64,000 nt of DNA. Source: Nostoc sp. (lineage in GTDB: Bacteria > Cyanobacteriota > Cyanobacteriia > Cyanobacteriales > Nostocaceae). The stretch's first letter is position 1, and each line of letters begins with the position of its first letter. Shown here one piece after another: positions 53,626-63,953 of the stretch. The notes under the pieces are model-generated. The model saw only the letters and a program-made list of their open reading frames with translations, had not been told where the DNA came from and did no database searches. The stretch spans positions 128,001-192,000 of the forward strand of contig JBALDB010000048.1 in assembly GCA_036918135.1 (NCBI GenBank). The letters run 5' to 3'. The translations under genes and the position numbers were made by a program.

Positions 53626-53978
53626 TGCCAGCCAAACAGGGTACGCCCAAAGTATTCTACAAAATGCACGTCAAAACTGGCGACACCGTACAAGTAATTG
53701 CTGGTAAAGACAAAGGAAAAGTTGGGGAAATTATCCAAGCACTTCCCCAACTGAGTAAAGTTGTCGTCAAAGGTGTAAATATTAAAACTAAGCACGTCAA
53801 ACCCCAGCAAGAAGGAGAATCAGGGCGAATTGTCACCCAAGAATTCCCCATTCATAGCTCTAACGTCATGCTTTATTCCACTAAGCAAAACGTTGCCAGT
53901 CGTGTTTGTTATACCTTTACGCCAGAAGGTAAAAAAATCAGAAAGCTCAAAAAAACTGGTGAAATTCTGGATAAATAG
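53625..53978 (+). CDS. rplX: 50S ribosomal protein L24
   Basis: [14 protein letters not shown]. Confidence 0.98.
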   Translation: MPAKQGTPKVFYKMHVKTGDTVQVIAGKDKGKVGEIIQALPQLSKVVVKGVNIKTKHVKPQQEGESGRIVTQEFPIHSSNVMLYSTKQNVASRVCYTFTPEGKKIRKLKKTGEILDK

Positions 53979-54110
53979 TTATTAGTTGTTGGTCATTAGT
54001 CATTTGTCATCAATTATTGGACAAATGGCAAAGGACAAAGCGCAAAGTCTGAGCTAAGGCTTCCTTAAATCAGAACTTTGTAAGAGAGGACAAATAACAA
54101 ACGACAATAA
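53976..54110. repeat. STRR array with an embedded cassette
   Basis: GTCATT units, GACAAA units, GCGCAAAGTCTG..CAGAACTTTG insert. Confidence 0.85.
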
Positions 54111-54150
54111 AGGTTCCCTGACCAAGCCCAGGGATATAGGACAAAAAACT

Positions 54151-54699
54151 ATGGCGACAACAAGACTCAAAACCTTATACCAAGAGACAATCATCCCCAA
54201 ACTGACTTCTCAGTTTCAATTTACCAACGTTCATCAAGTACCGAAGTTGGTAAAAATTACTCTCAATCGCGGTTTGGGTGAAGCAGCTCAAAATGCGAAG
54301 GCCCTGGAAGCATCTATCAACGAAATTGGGGTAATCACTGGTCAAAAACCAGTAGTGACGCGGGCGAAAAAAGCGATCGCTGGCTTTAAAATTCGTCAAG
54401 GTATGCCTGTGGGAATTATGGTGACCCTCAGAGGCGAGAGAATGTATGCCTTTCTCGACCGACTTGTTAGCTTGTCACTACCCAGAATTCGAGATTTTCG
54501 CGGCGTCAGCCCTAAAAGCTTTGACGGACGTGGTAACTATACTCTGGGTGTCAGAGAACAGTTAATTTTTCCAGAGGTCGAGTACGATAGCATCGATCAA
54601 GTCCGTGGTTTGGATATTTCCATCATTACCACAGCGAAAAATGACGAAGAGGGTCGCGCCTTACTTAAAGAATTAGGAATGCCCTTTCGCGATCAATAA
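54151..54699 (+). CDS. rplE: 50S ribosomal protein L5
   Basis: [14 protein letters not shown]. Confidence 0.98.
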   Translation: MATTRLKTLYQETIIPKLTSQFQFTNVHQVPKLVKITLNRGLGEAAQNAKALEASINEIGVITGQKPVVTRAKKAIAGFKIRQGMPVGIMVTLRGERMYAFLDRLVSLSLPRIRDFRGVSPKSFDGRGNYTLGVREQLIFPEVEYDSIDQVRGLDISIITTAKNDEEGRALLKELGMPFRDQ

Positions 54700-54719
54700 G
54701 TTCATCTATAGAGGGAACG

Positions 54720-55121
54720 ATGGCGGCTAACGACACAATTGCAGATATGCTGACGCGCATCCGCAATGCCAACCTGGCACGGCATCAAACTACACAAGTG
54801 CCAGCAACAAGAATGACCCGTAGTATTGCCAAAGTGCTGCGGGAAGAAGGTTTTATTGGTGAATTTGAAGAAGCAGGAGATGAAGTAAAACGCAATCTGG
54901 TGATTTCCTTGAAATACAAGGGTAAGAATCGTCAGCCTCTGATCACCGCTTTAAAGCGAGTCAGTAAACCTGGTTTGCGTGTTTACTCCAACAGAAAAGA
55001 ATTACCAAGGGTACTAGGCGGCATCGGCATCGCCATTATTTCCACATCCAGTGGCATTATGACTGACCGCGAAGCGCGGCGTCAGAACTTGGGTGGCGAA
55101 GTGCTTTGCTACGTTTGGTAG
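54720..55121 (+). CDS. rpsH: 30S ribosomal protein S8
   Basis: [19 protein letters not shown]. Confidence 0.98.
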   Translation: MAANDTIADMLTRIRNANLARHQTTQVPATRMTRSIAKVLREEGFIGEFEEAGDEVKRNLVISLKYKGKNRQPLITALKRVSKPGLRVYSNRKELPRVLGGIGIAIISTSSGIMTDREARRQNLGGEVLCYVW

Positions 55122-55250
55122 TCTATTTGGTCATTAGTCATTAGTCATTTGTCACTTGTACTGAGCGAACACGAGTGCGTCTTGAACAGAAGCCGAGTAT
55201 TAGCAAAGGACAAAAGACAAAGGATAAAAGACAAATAACAAAGGACAAAA
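55119..55250. repeat. STRR array with nested small repeat
   Basis: GTCATT units, TACTGAGCGAA..AGTA insert, AAGGACA units. Confidence 0.85.
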
Positions 55251-55254
55251 AATT

Positions 55255-55803
55255 ATGTCTCGTATTGGTAAACGTCCAATTACTATTCCCGCCAAAGTAC
55301 AAGTGGCAGTTGATGGTACTAAGGTTGTGGTGAAAGGGCCTAAAGGAGAACTTTCTCGCAATTTACCTGCTAACGTTATCGTCTCCCAAGAGGGAGAAAT
55401 ATTACAAGTAACTCGTCGAGATGATACCCGTACTTCCAGGCAGCTACACGGTTTAAGCCGGACTTTAGTTGCCAATATGGTTGAGGGAGTTTCCCAAGGT
55501 TTTCAGCGGCGTTTGGAAATTCAAGGTGTTGGTTACCGGGCACAAGTTCAAGGACGTAACCTAGTTTTGAATATGGGTTACAGCCATCAAATACAAATTG
55601 AACCACCAGAAGGAATTCAGTTTGCAGTCGAAGGTACCACTAACGTAATCGTCAGCGGCTACGACAAAGAAATTGTGGGTAACACAGCAGCAAAAATTCG
55701 TGCCGTTCGCGCACCAGAACCTTACAAAGGCAAAGGTATTCGCTATGCCGGTGAAGCGGTAAGACGTAAAGCTGGTAAAACTGGTAAGAGTGGTAAGAAG
55801 TAA
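55255..55803 (+). CDS. rplF: 50S ribosomal protein L6
   Basis: [17 protein letters not shown]. Confidence 0.98.
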   Translation: MSRIGKRPITIPAKVQVAVDGTKVVVKGPKGELSRNLPANVIVSQEGEILQVTRRDDTRTSRQLHGLSRTLVANMVEGVSQGFQRRLEIQGVGYRAQVQGRNLVLNMGYSHQIQIEPPEGIQFAVEGTTNVIVSGYDKEIVGNTAAKIRAVRAPEPYKGKGIRYAGEAVRRKAGKTGKSGKK

Positions 55804-55805
55804 AA

Positions 55806-56168
55806 ATGAAACTTACTCGTAGAGAATCAAAACAGCGTCGCCATCGACGCGTTCGTGGCAGAGTTATTGGCTCTCCAGAACGCCCGCGTTTAGCAATATT
55901 TCGTTCTAACGAGCATATTTATGCCCAAGTGATTGATGATACAAAGCATCACACTTTAGTGGCAGCATCAACTGTAGAACCAGAGTTGAAATCAAGTATA
56001 GCTTCAGGTGCCAATCGCGACGCCTCGGTACAAGTTGGTAAGTTGATAGCAGTGCGATCGCTAGAAAAAGGTATCACTAAAGTAGTCTTCGATCGCGGTG
56101 GCAACCTATATCATGGTCGTGTTCAAGCACTAGCTGATGCCGCACGCGAAGCTGGTTTAGATTTCTAA
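55806..56168 (+). CDS. rplR: 50S ribosomal protein L18
   Basis: [19 protein letters not shown]. Confidence 0.98.
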   Translation: MKLTRRESKQRRHRRVRGRVIGSPERPRLAIFRSNEHIYAQVIDDTKHHTLVAASTVEPELKSSIASGANRDASVQVGKLIAVRSLEKGITKVVFDRGGNLYHGRVQALADAAREAGLDF

Positions 56169-56256
56169 AGTCATTAAGTCATTCGTTATTGGTCATTTAC
56201 AAACGACAAATGACAAAGGACAACTGATAAATGACAAAGGACAACTGACAAATGAT
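56169..56256. repeat. STRR array in inverted arrangement
   Basis: direct reading. Confidence 0.85.
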
Positions 56257-56274
56257 ATTAATAGAGCATTGATT

Positions 56275-56802
56275 ATGGCGACAGAGCGAAAAACTAGAAC
56301 AAAGCGTGCCAAAAAAGAAGAAACTACTTGGCAAGAGCGGGTGATCCAAATCAGACGGGTCAGTAAGGTCGTCAAAGGAGGTAAAAAACTTAGCTTCCGG
56401 GCGATTGTAGTCGTCGGTAATGAACGCGGTCAAGTTGGGGTAGGAGTAGGCAAAGCCTCTGATGTAATCGGGGCAGTCAAAAAAGGTGTAGCCGATGGCA
56501 AAAAACACCTCATTGATATCCCAATCACCAAATCTAACTCCATCCCCCATCCGATTGATGGTGTCGGTGGTGGTGCAAAGGTGATTATGCGTCCAGCTGC
56601 ACCTGGTACTGGTGTAATTGCTGGTGGTGCTGTACGCACTGTGTTGGAATTGGCAGGAGTTCGCAACGTCTTAGCCAAGCAACTTGGCTCTAATAATCCG
56701 CTCAACAATGCTAGAGCCGCAGTCAACGCTTTGTCTACACTGCGTACTCTTTCTGAAGTTGCTTCAGATCGCGGTATTACTATTGAAAATCTCTACATCT
56801 AA
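56275..56802 (+). CDS. rpsE: 30S ribosomal protein S5
   Basis: [15 protein letters not shown]. Confidence 0.98.
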   Translation: MATERKTRTKRAKKEETTWQERVIQIRRVSKVVKGGKKLSFRAIVVVGNERGQVGVGVGKASDVIGAVKKGVADGKKHLIDIPITKSNSIPHPIDGVGGGAKVIMRPAAPGTGVIAGGAVRTVLELAGVRNVLAKQLGSNNPLNNARAAVNALSTLRTLSEVASDRGITIENLYI

Positions 56803-56803
56803 T

Positions 56804-56880
56804 TTAGTCATTGGTCATTAGTTATTTGCGAACGACAAATGACAAACGACAAACGACAAATGACAAACTACAAATGACAC
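56804..56880. repeat. STRR array in inverted arrangement
   Basis: direct reading. Confidence 0.85.
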
Positions 56881-56889
56881 TTTTAGCTT

Positions 56890-57333
56890 ATGAGACTCAA
56901 CGATGTTAAGCCGCAAGTCGGCTCAAAAAAACGCCGCCGCCGTGTAGCTAGGGGTATTTCTGCTGGTCAAGGTGCTAGTGCTGGTCTAGGTATGCGGGGT
57001 CAAAAATCTCGCTCTGGTAGTAGTACTAGGCCAGGTTTTGAAGGTGGTCAACAGCCATTATACCGCCGCTTACCCAAACTCAAGGGCTTTCCGATTGTGA
57101 ATCGGAAGAATTACACTACGATTAATGTAGAGAAGCTAGCCTCTCTTCCCGCTAATACAGAAGTAACTCTAACCTCCTTAAAAGCAGCAGGTATTATCAC
57201 TGGTGCTAAAGGCCCGTTGAAAATTTTGGGTAACGGGGAATTGAGCGTTCCGCTCAAGGTACAAGCGGCAGCTTTCACAGGTACAGCTCGGAGCAAAATT
57301 GAAGCAGCTGGTGGGAGTTGTGAAGTTTTATGA
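56890..57333 (+). CDS. rplO: 50S ribosomal protein L15
   Basis: [15 protein letters not shown]. Confidence 0.98.
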   Translation: MRLNDVKPQVGSKKRRRRVARGISAGQGASAGLGMRGQKSRSGSSTRPGFEGGQQPLYRRLPKLKGFPIVNRKNYTTINVEKLASLPANTEVTLTSLKAAGIITGAKGPLKILGNGELSVPLKVQAAAFTGTARSKIEAAGGSCEVL

Positions 57334-57407
57334 GTGAGCCGCAATAGCGCACTTAAATGCAAGCCAACTCGCTGCCAGCGCCTGGTTCACTATAAAGGTA
57401 GCACTCT

Positions 57408-58721
57408 ATGATCAGTCGAGACAAAGCCCCAACGGCTCAAGAAACTTTTATGCAGATGGCACAAGCAGCTGGGCTTAGAGGTAGGCTGCTTGTGACTGTT
57501 GGTATTTTAATTTTGGTTCGCTTAGGCATCTTTTTGCCCGTGCCAGGAATTGATAGAGGGCGGTTTCATGAGGCCATATCGGGCAATAATTCTATATTCG
57601 GTTTATTGGATATATTCTCCGGGCGAGGACTTTCGACTTTGGGAGTCTTTGCTTTAGGGATTTTGCCGTTCATTAATGCGTCTATTATCATCCAATTGCT
57701 CACGGCTGCGATTCCATCTTTAGAAAATCTACAGAAAAATGAAGGTGAAGCTGGTCGGCGAAAAATATCACAAATTACCCGCTATGTATCTTTAGGGTGG
57801 GCAATTGTTCAAAGTACGGCTTTTTCAGCATTATTCTTGCAGCAGTTTGCCTTAAACCCAGGGCCACTATTCGTAGCTGAAACTGCGATCGCTCTGACTG
57901 CTGGTTCCATGTTCGTCATGTGGGCATCAGAACTGATTACAGAACGCGGAATTGGGAATGGGGCATCATTGTTAATTTTTGTCAACATTGTCGCATCATT
58001 ACCAAAATCTTTAGGTCAAACCATTGAGTTAGTGCAAGTTGGCGGTCGGGAAACAGTAGGCCGCGTAATCGTGCTAATCTTAGTTTTCCTGGCGACAATT
58101 GTTGGTATTGTGATTGTGCAAGAAGGAATGCGTCGCATCCCAATTATTTCGGCTCGTCGCCAAGTAGGTCGGCGAGTTTTGGCAGAACAACGTAGCTTCC
58201 TACCCTTACGCCTGAATCAAGGCGGCGTGATGCCAATTATTTTTGCTGCTGCTATCCTCAGTTTGCCACTATTAATCGCCAATTTCACCAAAAATGCTGA
58301 ATTGGCAAATATAGTTAACACTTACTTAAGTCCCAGCGGTTCTAGCTCTTGGGTCTATGCCTTGGTTTACATGATCTCCATCGTTTTCTTTAGCTACTTC
58401 TATTCTTCGTTAATTCTCAACCCAGTAGATGTGGCGCAAAATTTGAAGAAAATGGGTTCTAGTATTCCAGGTATTCGTCCTGGTAAGGCAACTAGCGAGT
58501 ATATCGAACGGGTCTCGAACCGACTCACTTTTTTGGGTGCTATCTTTTTGGGCTTAGTTGCTATTATCCCAACAGGTGTAGAAAGTGCTTTAGGAGTACC
58601 TACATTTAAGGGATTGGGTGCTACGTCTTTATTAATTTTAGTTGGTGTGGCGATTGATACGGCAAGACAAATCCAAACTTACGTTATCTCTCAGCGCTAT
58701 GAAGGAATGGTGAAACAATAG
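57408..58721 (+). CDS. secY: preprotein translocase subunit SecY
   Basis: GIGNGASL, IPGIRPG, TSLLILVGVA. Confidence 0.98.
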   Translation: MISRDKAPTAQETFMQMAQAAGLRGRLLVTVGILILVRLGIFLPVPGIDRGRFHEAISGNNSIFGLLDIFSGRGLSTLGVFALGILPFINASIIIQLLTAAIPSLENLQKNEGEAGRRKISQITRYVSLGWAIVQSTAFSALFLQQFALNPGPLFVAETAIALTAGSMFVMWASELITERGIGNGASLLIFVNIVASLPKSLGQTIELVQVGGRETVGRVIVLILVFLATIVGIVIVQEGMRRIPIISARRQVGRRVLAEQRSFLPLRLNQGGVMPIIFAAAILSLPLLIANFTKNAELANIVNTYLSPSGSSSWVYALVYMISIVFFSYFYSSLILNPVDVAQNLKKMGSSIPGIRPGKATSEYIERVSNRLTFLGAIFLGLVAIIPTGVESALGVPTFKGLGATSLLILVGVAIDTARQIQTYVISQRYEGMVKQ

Positions 58722-59272
58722 TGACGCGACTAATCTTCTTGGGACCGCCTGGAGCTGGAAAAGGAACACAAGCTAAGACATTAGCTGACCATCGCCATGT
58801 TCCCCATGTTTCTACGGGTGATATATTGCGCCAAGCATTAGAAAAGCAAACCCGTTTGGGCATCAAAGCTCAAAGTTATATGGATAAAGGGGAACTAGTT
58901 CCAGACATTCTAGTACAGGAAATGGTACAGGAGAGGCTGAGTCAGTTAGATGCCAAGCATGGTTGGATTCTCGATGGTTTTCCTCGGACTGTTAAGCAAG
59001 CAGTTTTTCTTGAGGAATTACTCGAACAACTAGACCAGTCTGGTGAAAGAGTAGTCAGCTTGGAAGTCCCAGATGAGATAGTAATAGGACGTTTACTTGC
59101 ACGAGGACGAAAAGATGATAACGAACAAGTGATTCGTCGTCGTTTAGAAGTTTATCGTGCTGAAACTGCACCTTTAATTGATTATTATCGCGATCGCCAA
59201 AAACTCTTAACAGTCAATGGCAATCAGTCCCAAGAAGAAGTCACTGATGAACTGCAAAAGATAATTGCTTAA
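58721..59272 (+). CDS. adk: adenylate kinase (short form)
   Basis: GPPGAGKGT, LDGFPR. Confidence 0.97.
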   Translation: MTRLIFLGPPGAGKGTQAKTLADHRHVPHVSTGDILRQALEKQTRLGIKAQSYMDKGELVPDILVQEMVQERLSQLDAKHGWILDGFPRTVKQAVFLEELLEQLDQSGERVVSLEVPDEIVIGRLLARGRKDDNEQVIRRRLEVYRAETAPLIDYYRDRQKLLTVNGNQSQEEVTDELQKIIA

Positions 59273-59498
59273 GTATGAGTGAGATCGTAGGGACAAGGGA
59301 GTGTGAAGAGATGATAAAAAAGCTTCCTGTTCCTACCATCTCTCCCACAGTCCTTGTTTGACCCATATCTACTCAGGAATTTGAACAAATTTAGCTAAAA
59401 TATATTAAGAAACTGTTGATATATTTCTTAAAGTGTGTTCTATGGCAGATAAAGTACTGCAAATGAACTGGAGATTATTGAGTTGAGGAAAAAACAAA

Positions 59499-59723
59499 TT
59501 GTCTAAGCAAGATTTGATTGAAATGGAAGGCACGGTTACAGAGTCTTTGCCTAATGCGATGTTTCGCGTTGACTTAGACAATGGTTTTAACGTGCTGGCA
59601 CACATTTCTGGCAAGATTCGCCGCAATTATATCAAGATTTTGCCTGGCGATCGCGTCAAGGTAGAGCTAACTCCCTACGACTTGACTAAAGGTAGAATCA
59701 CCTACCGACTCAGAAAGAAGTAA
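59499..59723 (+). CDS. infA: translation initiation factor IF-1
   Basis: TTG start after [19 protein letters not shown]. Confidence 0.97.
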
Positions 59724-59839
59724 GTATATGTAGAGGATATTACCATAAAACCATCTTTTTGACTGTTTCTTAATCACTTAGCTGAATAATTTCCTAATAA
59801 ATGCTATAATTTACTATTTGGAGTCAAAGTAGAAAAGGC

Positions 59840-59953
59840 ATGAAAGTCAGAGCCTCAGTCAAGAAAATCTGTGAAAAATGTAATGTGATCAAACGTCGTG
59901 GTCGCGTTATGGTGATTTGCGTTAACCCGAAACACAAGCAACGTCAAGGATAG
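59840..59953 (+). CDS. rpmJ: 50S ribosomal protein L36 (absent from the ORF track)
   Basis: [37 protein letters not shown]. Confidence 0.97.
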   Translation: MKVRASVKKICEKCNVIKRRGRVMVICVNPKHKQRQG

Positions 59954-60070
59954 CACTCTCAATCAACACAGTAGAGTTGCAATAGGCATAATCATTATTA
60001 AACGAAAAGACGCGATTTATCACGTTTTTTTAACTATCAGTAATTGCGAGAACAATAGGGAGAGTTAATT

Positions 60071-60451
60071 GTGGCACGTATTGCCGGAGTAGACCTTCCA
60101 CGCGATAAGCGCGTCGAAATAGGTCTGACTTACATTTTTGGAATTGGGTTATCGCGATCGCAAGAGATTCTAACGAGTACAGGGGTAAACCCAGATACCC
60201 GCGTTAAAGACTTAAGTGATGCTGATGTAGCCAACCTCCGAGCAGAAATAGAAACCAACTATGAAGTTGAAGGTGACTTACGGCGCTTGGAGTCTATGAA
60301 CATCAAGCGCTTAGTTGACATTGGTACCTACAGAGGGCGTCGTCATCGCATGGGCTTGCCAGTCAGAGGACAGAGAACTCGCACCAACGCTAGAACCCGT
60401 CGAGGTAGAAGGCAGACAGTCGCTGGTAAGAAGAAAGCACCAGGTAAATAA
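60071..60451 (+). CDS. rpsM: 30S ribosomal protein S13
   Basis: [22 protein letters not shown]. Confidence 0.98.
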   Translation: MARIAGVDLPRDKRVEIGLTYIFGIGLSRSQEILTSTGVNPDTRVKDLSDADVANLRAEIETNYEVEGDLRRLESMNIKRLVDIGTYRGRRHRMGLPVRGQRTRTNARTRRGRRQTVAGKKKAPGK

Positions 60452-60509
60452 ATAATTTGACAACCCTTGCCAAACAAAGCAAGTTTTACCTTAAATCAAC
60501 TAAACAAGT

Positions 60510-60905
60510 ATGGCCAGACAACCAACTAAAAAATCTGGGAGCAAAAAGCAGAAACGGAACGTCCCCAATGGGATGGCCTACATCCAGTCTACTTTCAACA
60601 ATAGCATTGTCACCATTACCGATCAAAATGGAGATGTGATCTCTTGGGCTAGTGCTGGTTCGAGCGGTTTTAAGGGAGCAAAAAAGGGAACTCCCTTTGC
60701 AGCGCAAACCGCCGCTGAAAGTGCAGCCCGTCGAGCCATAGATCAAGGGATGCGCCAAATCGAGGTAATGGTCAGTGGTCCAGGAGCAGGTAGAGAAACG
60801 GCTATCCGCGCACTTCAAGGAGCAGGACTGGAAATTACATTGATTCGGGATATTACTCCGATTCCTCACAATGGTTGCCGTCCACCCAAACGCCGTCGAG
60901 TCTAA
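60510..60905 (+). CDS. rpsK: 30S ribosomal protein S11
   Basis: [16 protein letters not shown]. Confidence 0.98.
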   Translation: MARQPTKKSGSKKQKRNVPNGMAYIQSTFNNSIVTITDQNGDVISWASAGSSGFKGAKKGTPFAAQTAAESAARRAIDQGMRQIEVMVSGPGAGRETAIRALQGAGLEITLIRDITPIPHNGCRPPKRRRV

Positions 60906-61397
60906 TTATCAAAACTTGGGCAGTGAGGACCAGAAGTTGCAGCCAAAGTTAATTCACTTGCAATGCGATCGCTTGGGCGTCTAGTATCGAAACGGCATTG
61001 AATCAAGGCTGAAACTTTGGACGATTTGGGCGACCAGAAGCGCGTCAGATTTTCCTATAAAGAGAGCTGTTAAACTTCGGTCAACCCAAAATACTATCAA
61101 CCTATTTTGGATTTAAGATTTGTGATTTGAGATTAATCCTGAACAAAAGTGGGGACTTTGTAGATTTTAAGTTAATGATAGCCCAGTCAAGCCCATCGAG
61201 GATGTTTGAAATTTATTCCCTCTATAAAAAGAGGAAATGAACCGAACAAGCACAATCTCAAATCAAAAATCGATCTTGAAAAGGTTTGAGTGCCAGCTTT
61301 TGGTAATCAAACTTTTTGCTAAATCGAAAATTGACACTCATTTCGGGAGGCAATTGATTTGTCTGCTAGCAGCACCTTAAAAGAGGGAGGCTAATCC

Positions 61398-62345
61398 GTG
61401 GCGCAGTTTCAAATTGAATGTGTAGAGTCTTATACTGAAGAAAGCCGCAACCATTATAGTAAATTTGTTCTGGAACCTCTAGAGCGCGGCCAAGGAACAA
61501 CGGTTGGCAACGCGCTGCGGCGAGTTTTACTGTCGAATTTAGAGGGTACGGCAGTAACAGCAGTCCGGATTGCAGGCGTTTCACATGAGTTTGCTACAGT
61601 TCCGGGTGTGCGGGAAGACGTGCTGGAAATCCTCATGAAAATGAAGGAAGTTATCCTGAAAAATTATTCTTCGCAACCCCAGATTGGTCGGTTACTCGTT
61701 AACGGTCCAGCAACAATTACTGCGGCGCATTTTGATTTACCTAGTGAAGTCGAAATTATCGATCCGACCCAGTATGTAGCCACCATCGCTGAGGGTGGAA
61801 AGCTGGAAATGGAATTTAGGATTGAGAAAGGTAAAGGTTATCGCACTGTAGAGCGAGGGCGTGAGGAAGCTACATCGTTGGACTTTCTTCAAATCGACTC
61901 AGTGTTTATGCCAGTGCGTAAAGTAAACTATAGTGTCGAAGAAGCCCGTGGGGATGGCTCAATTACCAAAGACCGACTGTTGTTGGAAGTTTGGACAAAT
62001 GGCAGCATCTCTCCCCAAGAAGCACTATCCTCCGCTGCTGGAATCTTGGTAGATTTATTCAACCCGTTGAAAGACATTTCCTTAGAACCAACAGATACAG
62101 GTTCGGAAATTTCAGAAGACCCAACTGCTCAGATTCCGATCGAAGAGTTGCAACTTTCTGTACGGGCATATAACTGTCTCAAACGGGCACAAGTGAATTC
62201 TGTAGCCGACTTGTTGGATTATACCCAAGAAGATCTCTTAGAAATTAAAAACTTTGGTCAAAAGTCAGCAGAAGAGGTCGTAGAAGCTTTGCAGCGTCGC
62301 TTGGGCATCACGTTGCCCCAAGAAAGAGGCTCTAAACACCCTTAA
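61398..62345 (+). CDS. rpoA: RNA polymerase alpha subunit
   Basis: EPLERGQGTTVGNALRR, LSVRAYNCLKRA. Confidence 0.98.
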   Translation: MAQFQIECVESYTEESRNHYSKFVLEPLERGQGTTVGNALRRVLLSNLEGTAVTAVRIAGVSHEFATVPGVREDVLEILMKMKEVILKNYSSQPQIGRLLVNGPATITAAHFDLPSEVEIIDPTQYVATIAEGGKLEMEFRIEKGKGYRTVERGREEATSLDFLQIDSVFMPVRKVNYSVEEARGDGSITKDRLLLEVWTNGSISPQEALSSAAGILVDLFNPLKDISLEPTDTGSEISEDPTAQIPIEELQLSVRAYNCLKRAQVNSVADLLDYTQEDLLEIKNFGQKSAEEVVEALQRRLGITLPQERGSKHP

Positions 62346-62348
62346 GTG

Positions 62349-62435
62349 ATATCGAGTCTGGTTAATTACTTATTATTGAAACAGACACACAGACACAGAG
62401 AGTTTTTTTAATAAGTAATTAAGTGGACATGATAT
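62349..62435. mobile_element. MITE-like element, same family as 39254-39357
   Basis: ATATCGAGTCTGGTTAATTACTTATTA / TAATAAGTAATTAAGTGGACATGATAT. Confidence 0.6.
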
Positions 62436-62467
62436 GAAAACCGTTTGTAGTTCATAAGTACTTAATT

Positions 62468-62818
62468 ATGCGTCACCGTTGTCGCGTCAAAAAACTTAGT
62501 AAACCAGCAGACCAGCGCCGCGCTTTACTGCGCTCGCTCACTACCGAGCTGATTCGTCATGGTAAAATTACCACCACTTTAGTTCGCGCTAAAGTTTTGC
62601 GAAGTGAAGTAGACAAAATGATTACCTTAGCCAAAAACGGCTCCTTGGCTGCACGCCGGGAAGCTCTTGGCTACATCTTCGACAAAGACTTAGTTCACGC
62701 TCTGTTTGAACAAGCTCCCACTCGCTATGGTAATCGCCAAGGCGGTTATACTCGTATCCTGCATACAGTACCGCGTCGGGGCGATAAGGCCGAAATGGCA
62801 ATAATTGAATTGGTTTAA
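62468..62818 (+). CDS. rplQ: 50S ribosomal protein L17
   Basis: MRH, GGYTRI. Confidence 0.98.
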   Translation: MRHRCRVKKLSKPADQRRALLRSLTTELIRHGKITTTLVRAKVLRSEVDKMITLAKNGSLAARREALGYIFDKDLVHALFEQAPTRYGNRQGGYTRILHTVPRRGDKAEMAIIELV

Positions 62819-62921
62819 GTCATTAGTCATTAGTCATTGGTCATTGGTCATTAGTCATTAGTCATTTGCAAAGGACAAATGACTAAGGACAACTGACAAA
62901 TGACAACTGACAAAGGACAAA
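62817..62921. repeat. STRR array in inverted arrangement
   Basis: (GTCATTR)n then (TGACAAA/GGACAAA)n. Confidence 0.9.
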
Positions 62922-62927
62922 ATCTGT

Positions 62928-63776
62928 ATGTTAGAAAGCCACCAGCCTAGACAAACTCATCGAGTAGCCTTGGTAATCCAATACCTGGGCACTCATTTTC
63001 ATGGCTGGCAAAGGCAAAAGAACCAGCGTACAGTCCAAGAAGAGATAGAAAAAGCGATCGCTACTATTCTTGGACATCATGTGACATTACACGGCGCCGG
63101 ACGAACCGATGCTGGCGTCCACGCTGCTGCTCAAGTCGCCCATTTTGAAGCAACAGGTTTAATTCCGGCTCACAAGTGGGCAACAATCCTCAACAGCTAT
63201 CTGCCATCAGATATATTAATCAGGGCTTCAGCTGGTGTAGATTGCCGTTGGCACGCTCGCTTTAGTGCAGCCTATCGGCGGTATCGCTACACAATATACA
63301 CTGAAGATCGACTTAACTTGTTCGTCAAACCTTTCAGTTGGCATTATTATTATGCACCCCTTGATGAATCATTAATCCAAGCTGCTCTCAAACCTCTGTT
63401 GGGAAAGCATCACTTAGCTGCTTTTCACCGTGCAGGCTCAAAGCGATCGCATTCCTGGGTAGAAGTGCAAGCAGCAGAATGTCATCGCAGTGGGTCATTT
63501 ATCCATATTGAAATACAGGCAGATGGATTTTTATATGGCATGGTACGGCTATTGGTAGGGATGTTGGTACAAGTAGGTTCTGGACAACGGACACTTGCCA
63601 ACTTCGCCCAACTCTGGAAAGAGCAACGCCGCCAAGAAGTCAAACACGCCGCACCAGCTCAAGGTTTGTGCTTGTTGCGAGTCGGCTATCCAGATTTTCC
63701 CTTTCCAAAAGAGATTTGGTACGATACCCTGCCAAAGTTGGTCATTGGTCAAGAGTCATTAGTTATTAGTCATTAG
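62928..63776 (+). CDS. truA: tRNA pseudouridine(38-40) synthase
   Basis: GAGRTDAGVHA, FLYGMVR. Confidence 0.97.
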   Translation: MLESHQPRQTHRVALVIQYLGTHFHGWQRQKNQRTVQEEIEKAIATILGHHVTLHGAGRTDAGVHAAAQVAHFEATGLIPAHKWATILNSYLPSDILIRASAGVDCRWHARFSAAYRRYRYTIYTEDRLNLFVKPFSWHYYYAPLDESLIQAALKPLLGKHHLAAFHRAGSKRSHSWVEVQAAECHRSGSFIHIEIQADGFLYGMVRLLVGMLVQVGSGQRTLANFAQLWKEQRRQEVKHAAPAQGLCLLRVGYPDFPFPKEIWYDTLPKLVIGQESLVISH

Positions 63777-63953
63777 TCATTGGTCATTAGTGAATAACGA
63801 AGGACAAATGACAAAGCGCAAAGTCTGTAGACGCTTCTGTGGCTTAAGGCAGGGTGCGTCGGCTTCCGGCGAGCAGAACTTTGCAGGAGAGGACAAAAGA
63901 TAACTGGACAAATGACAAATTGCAAAGGACAAAGGACAAAGGACAAATAACAA
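63741..63953. repeat. STRR array with embedded cassette; overlaps the truA 3' end
   Basis: direct reading. Confidence 0.88.

Noticed and set aside
48356..63953. Heptamer arrays as CRISPR
   Set aside because: 7-bp tandem units without unique spacers, and no cas genes in the window.
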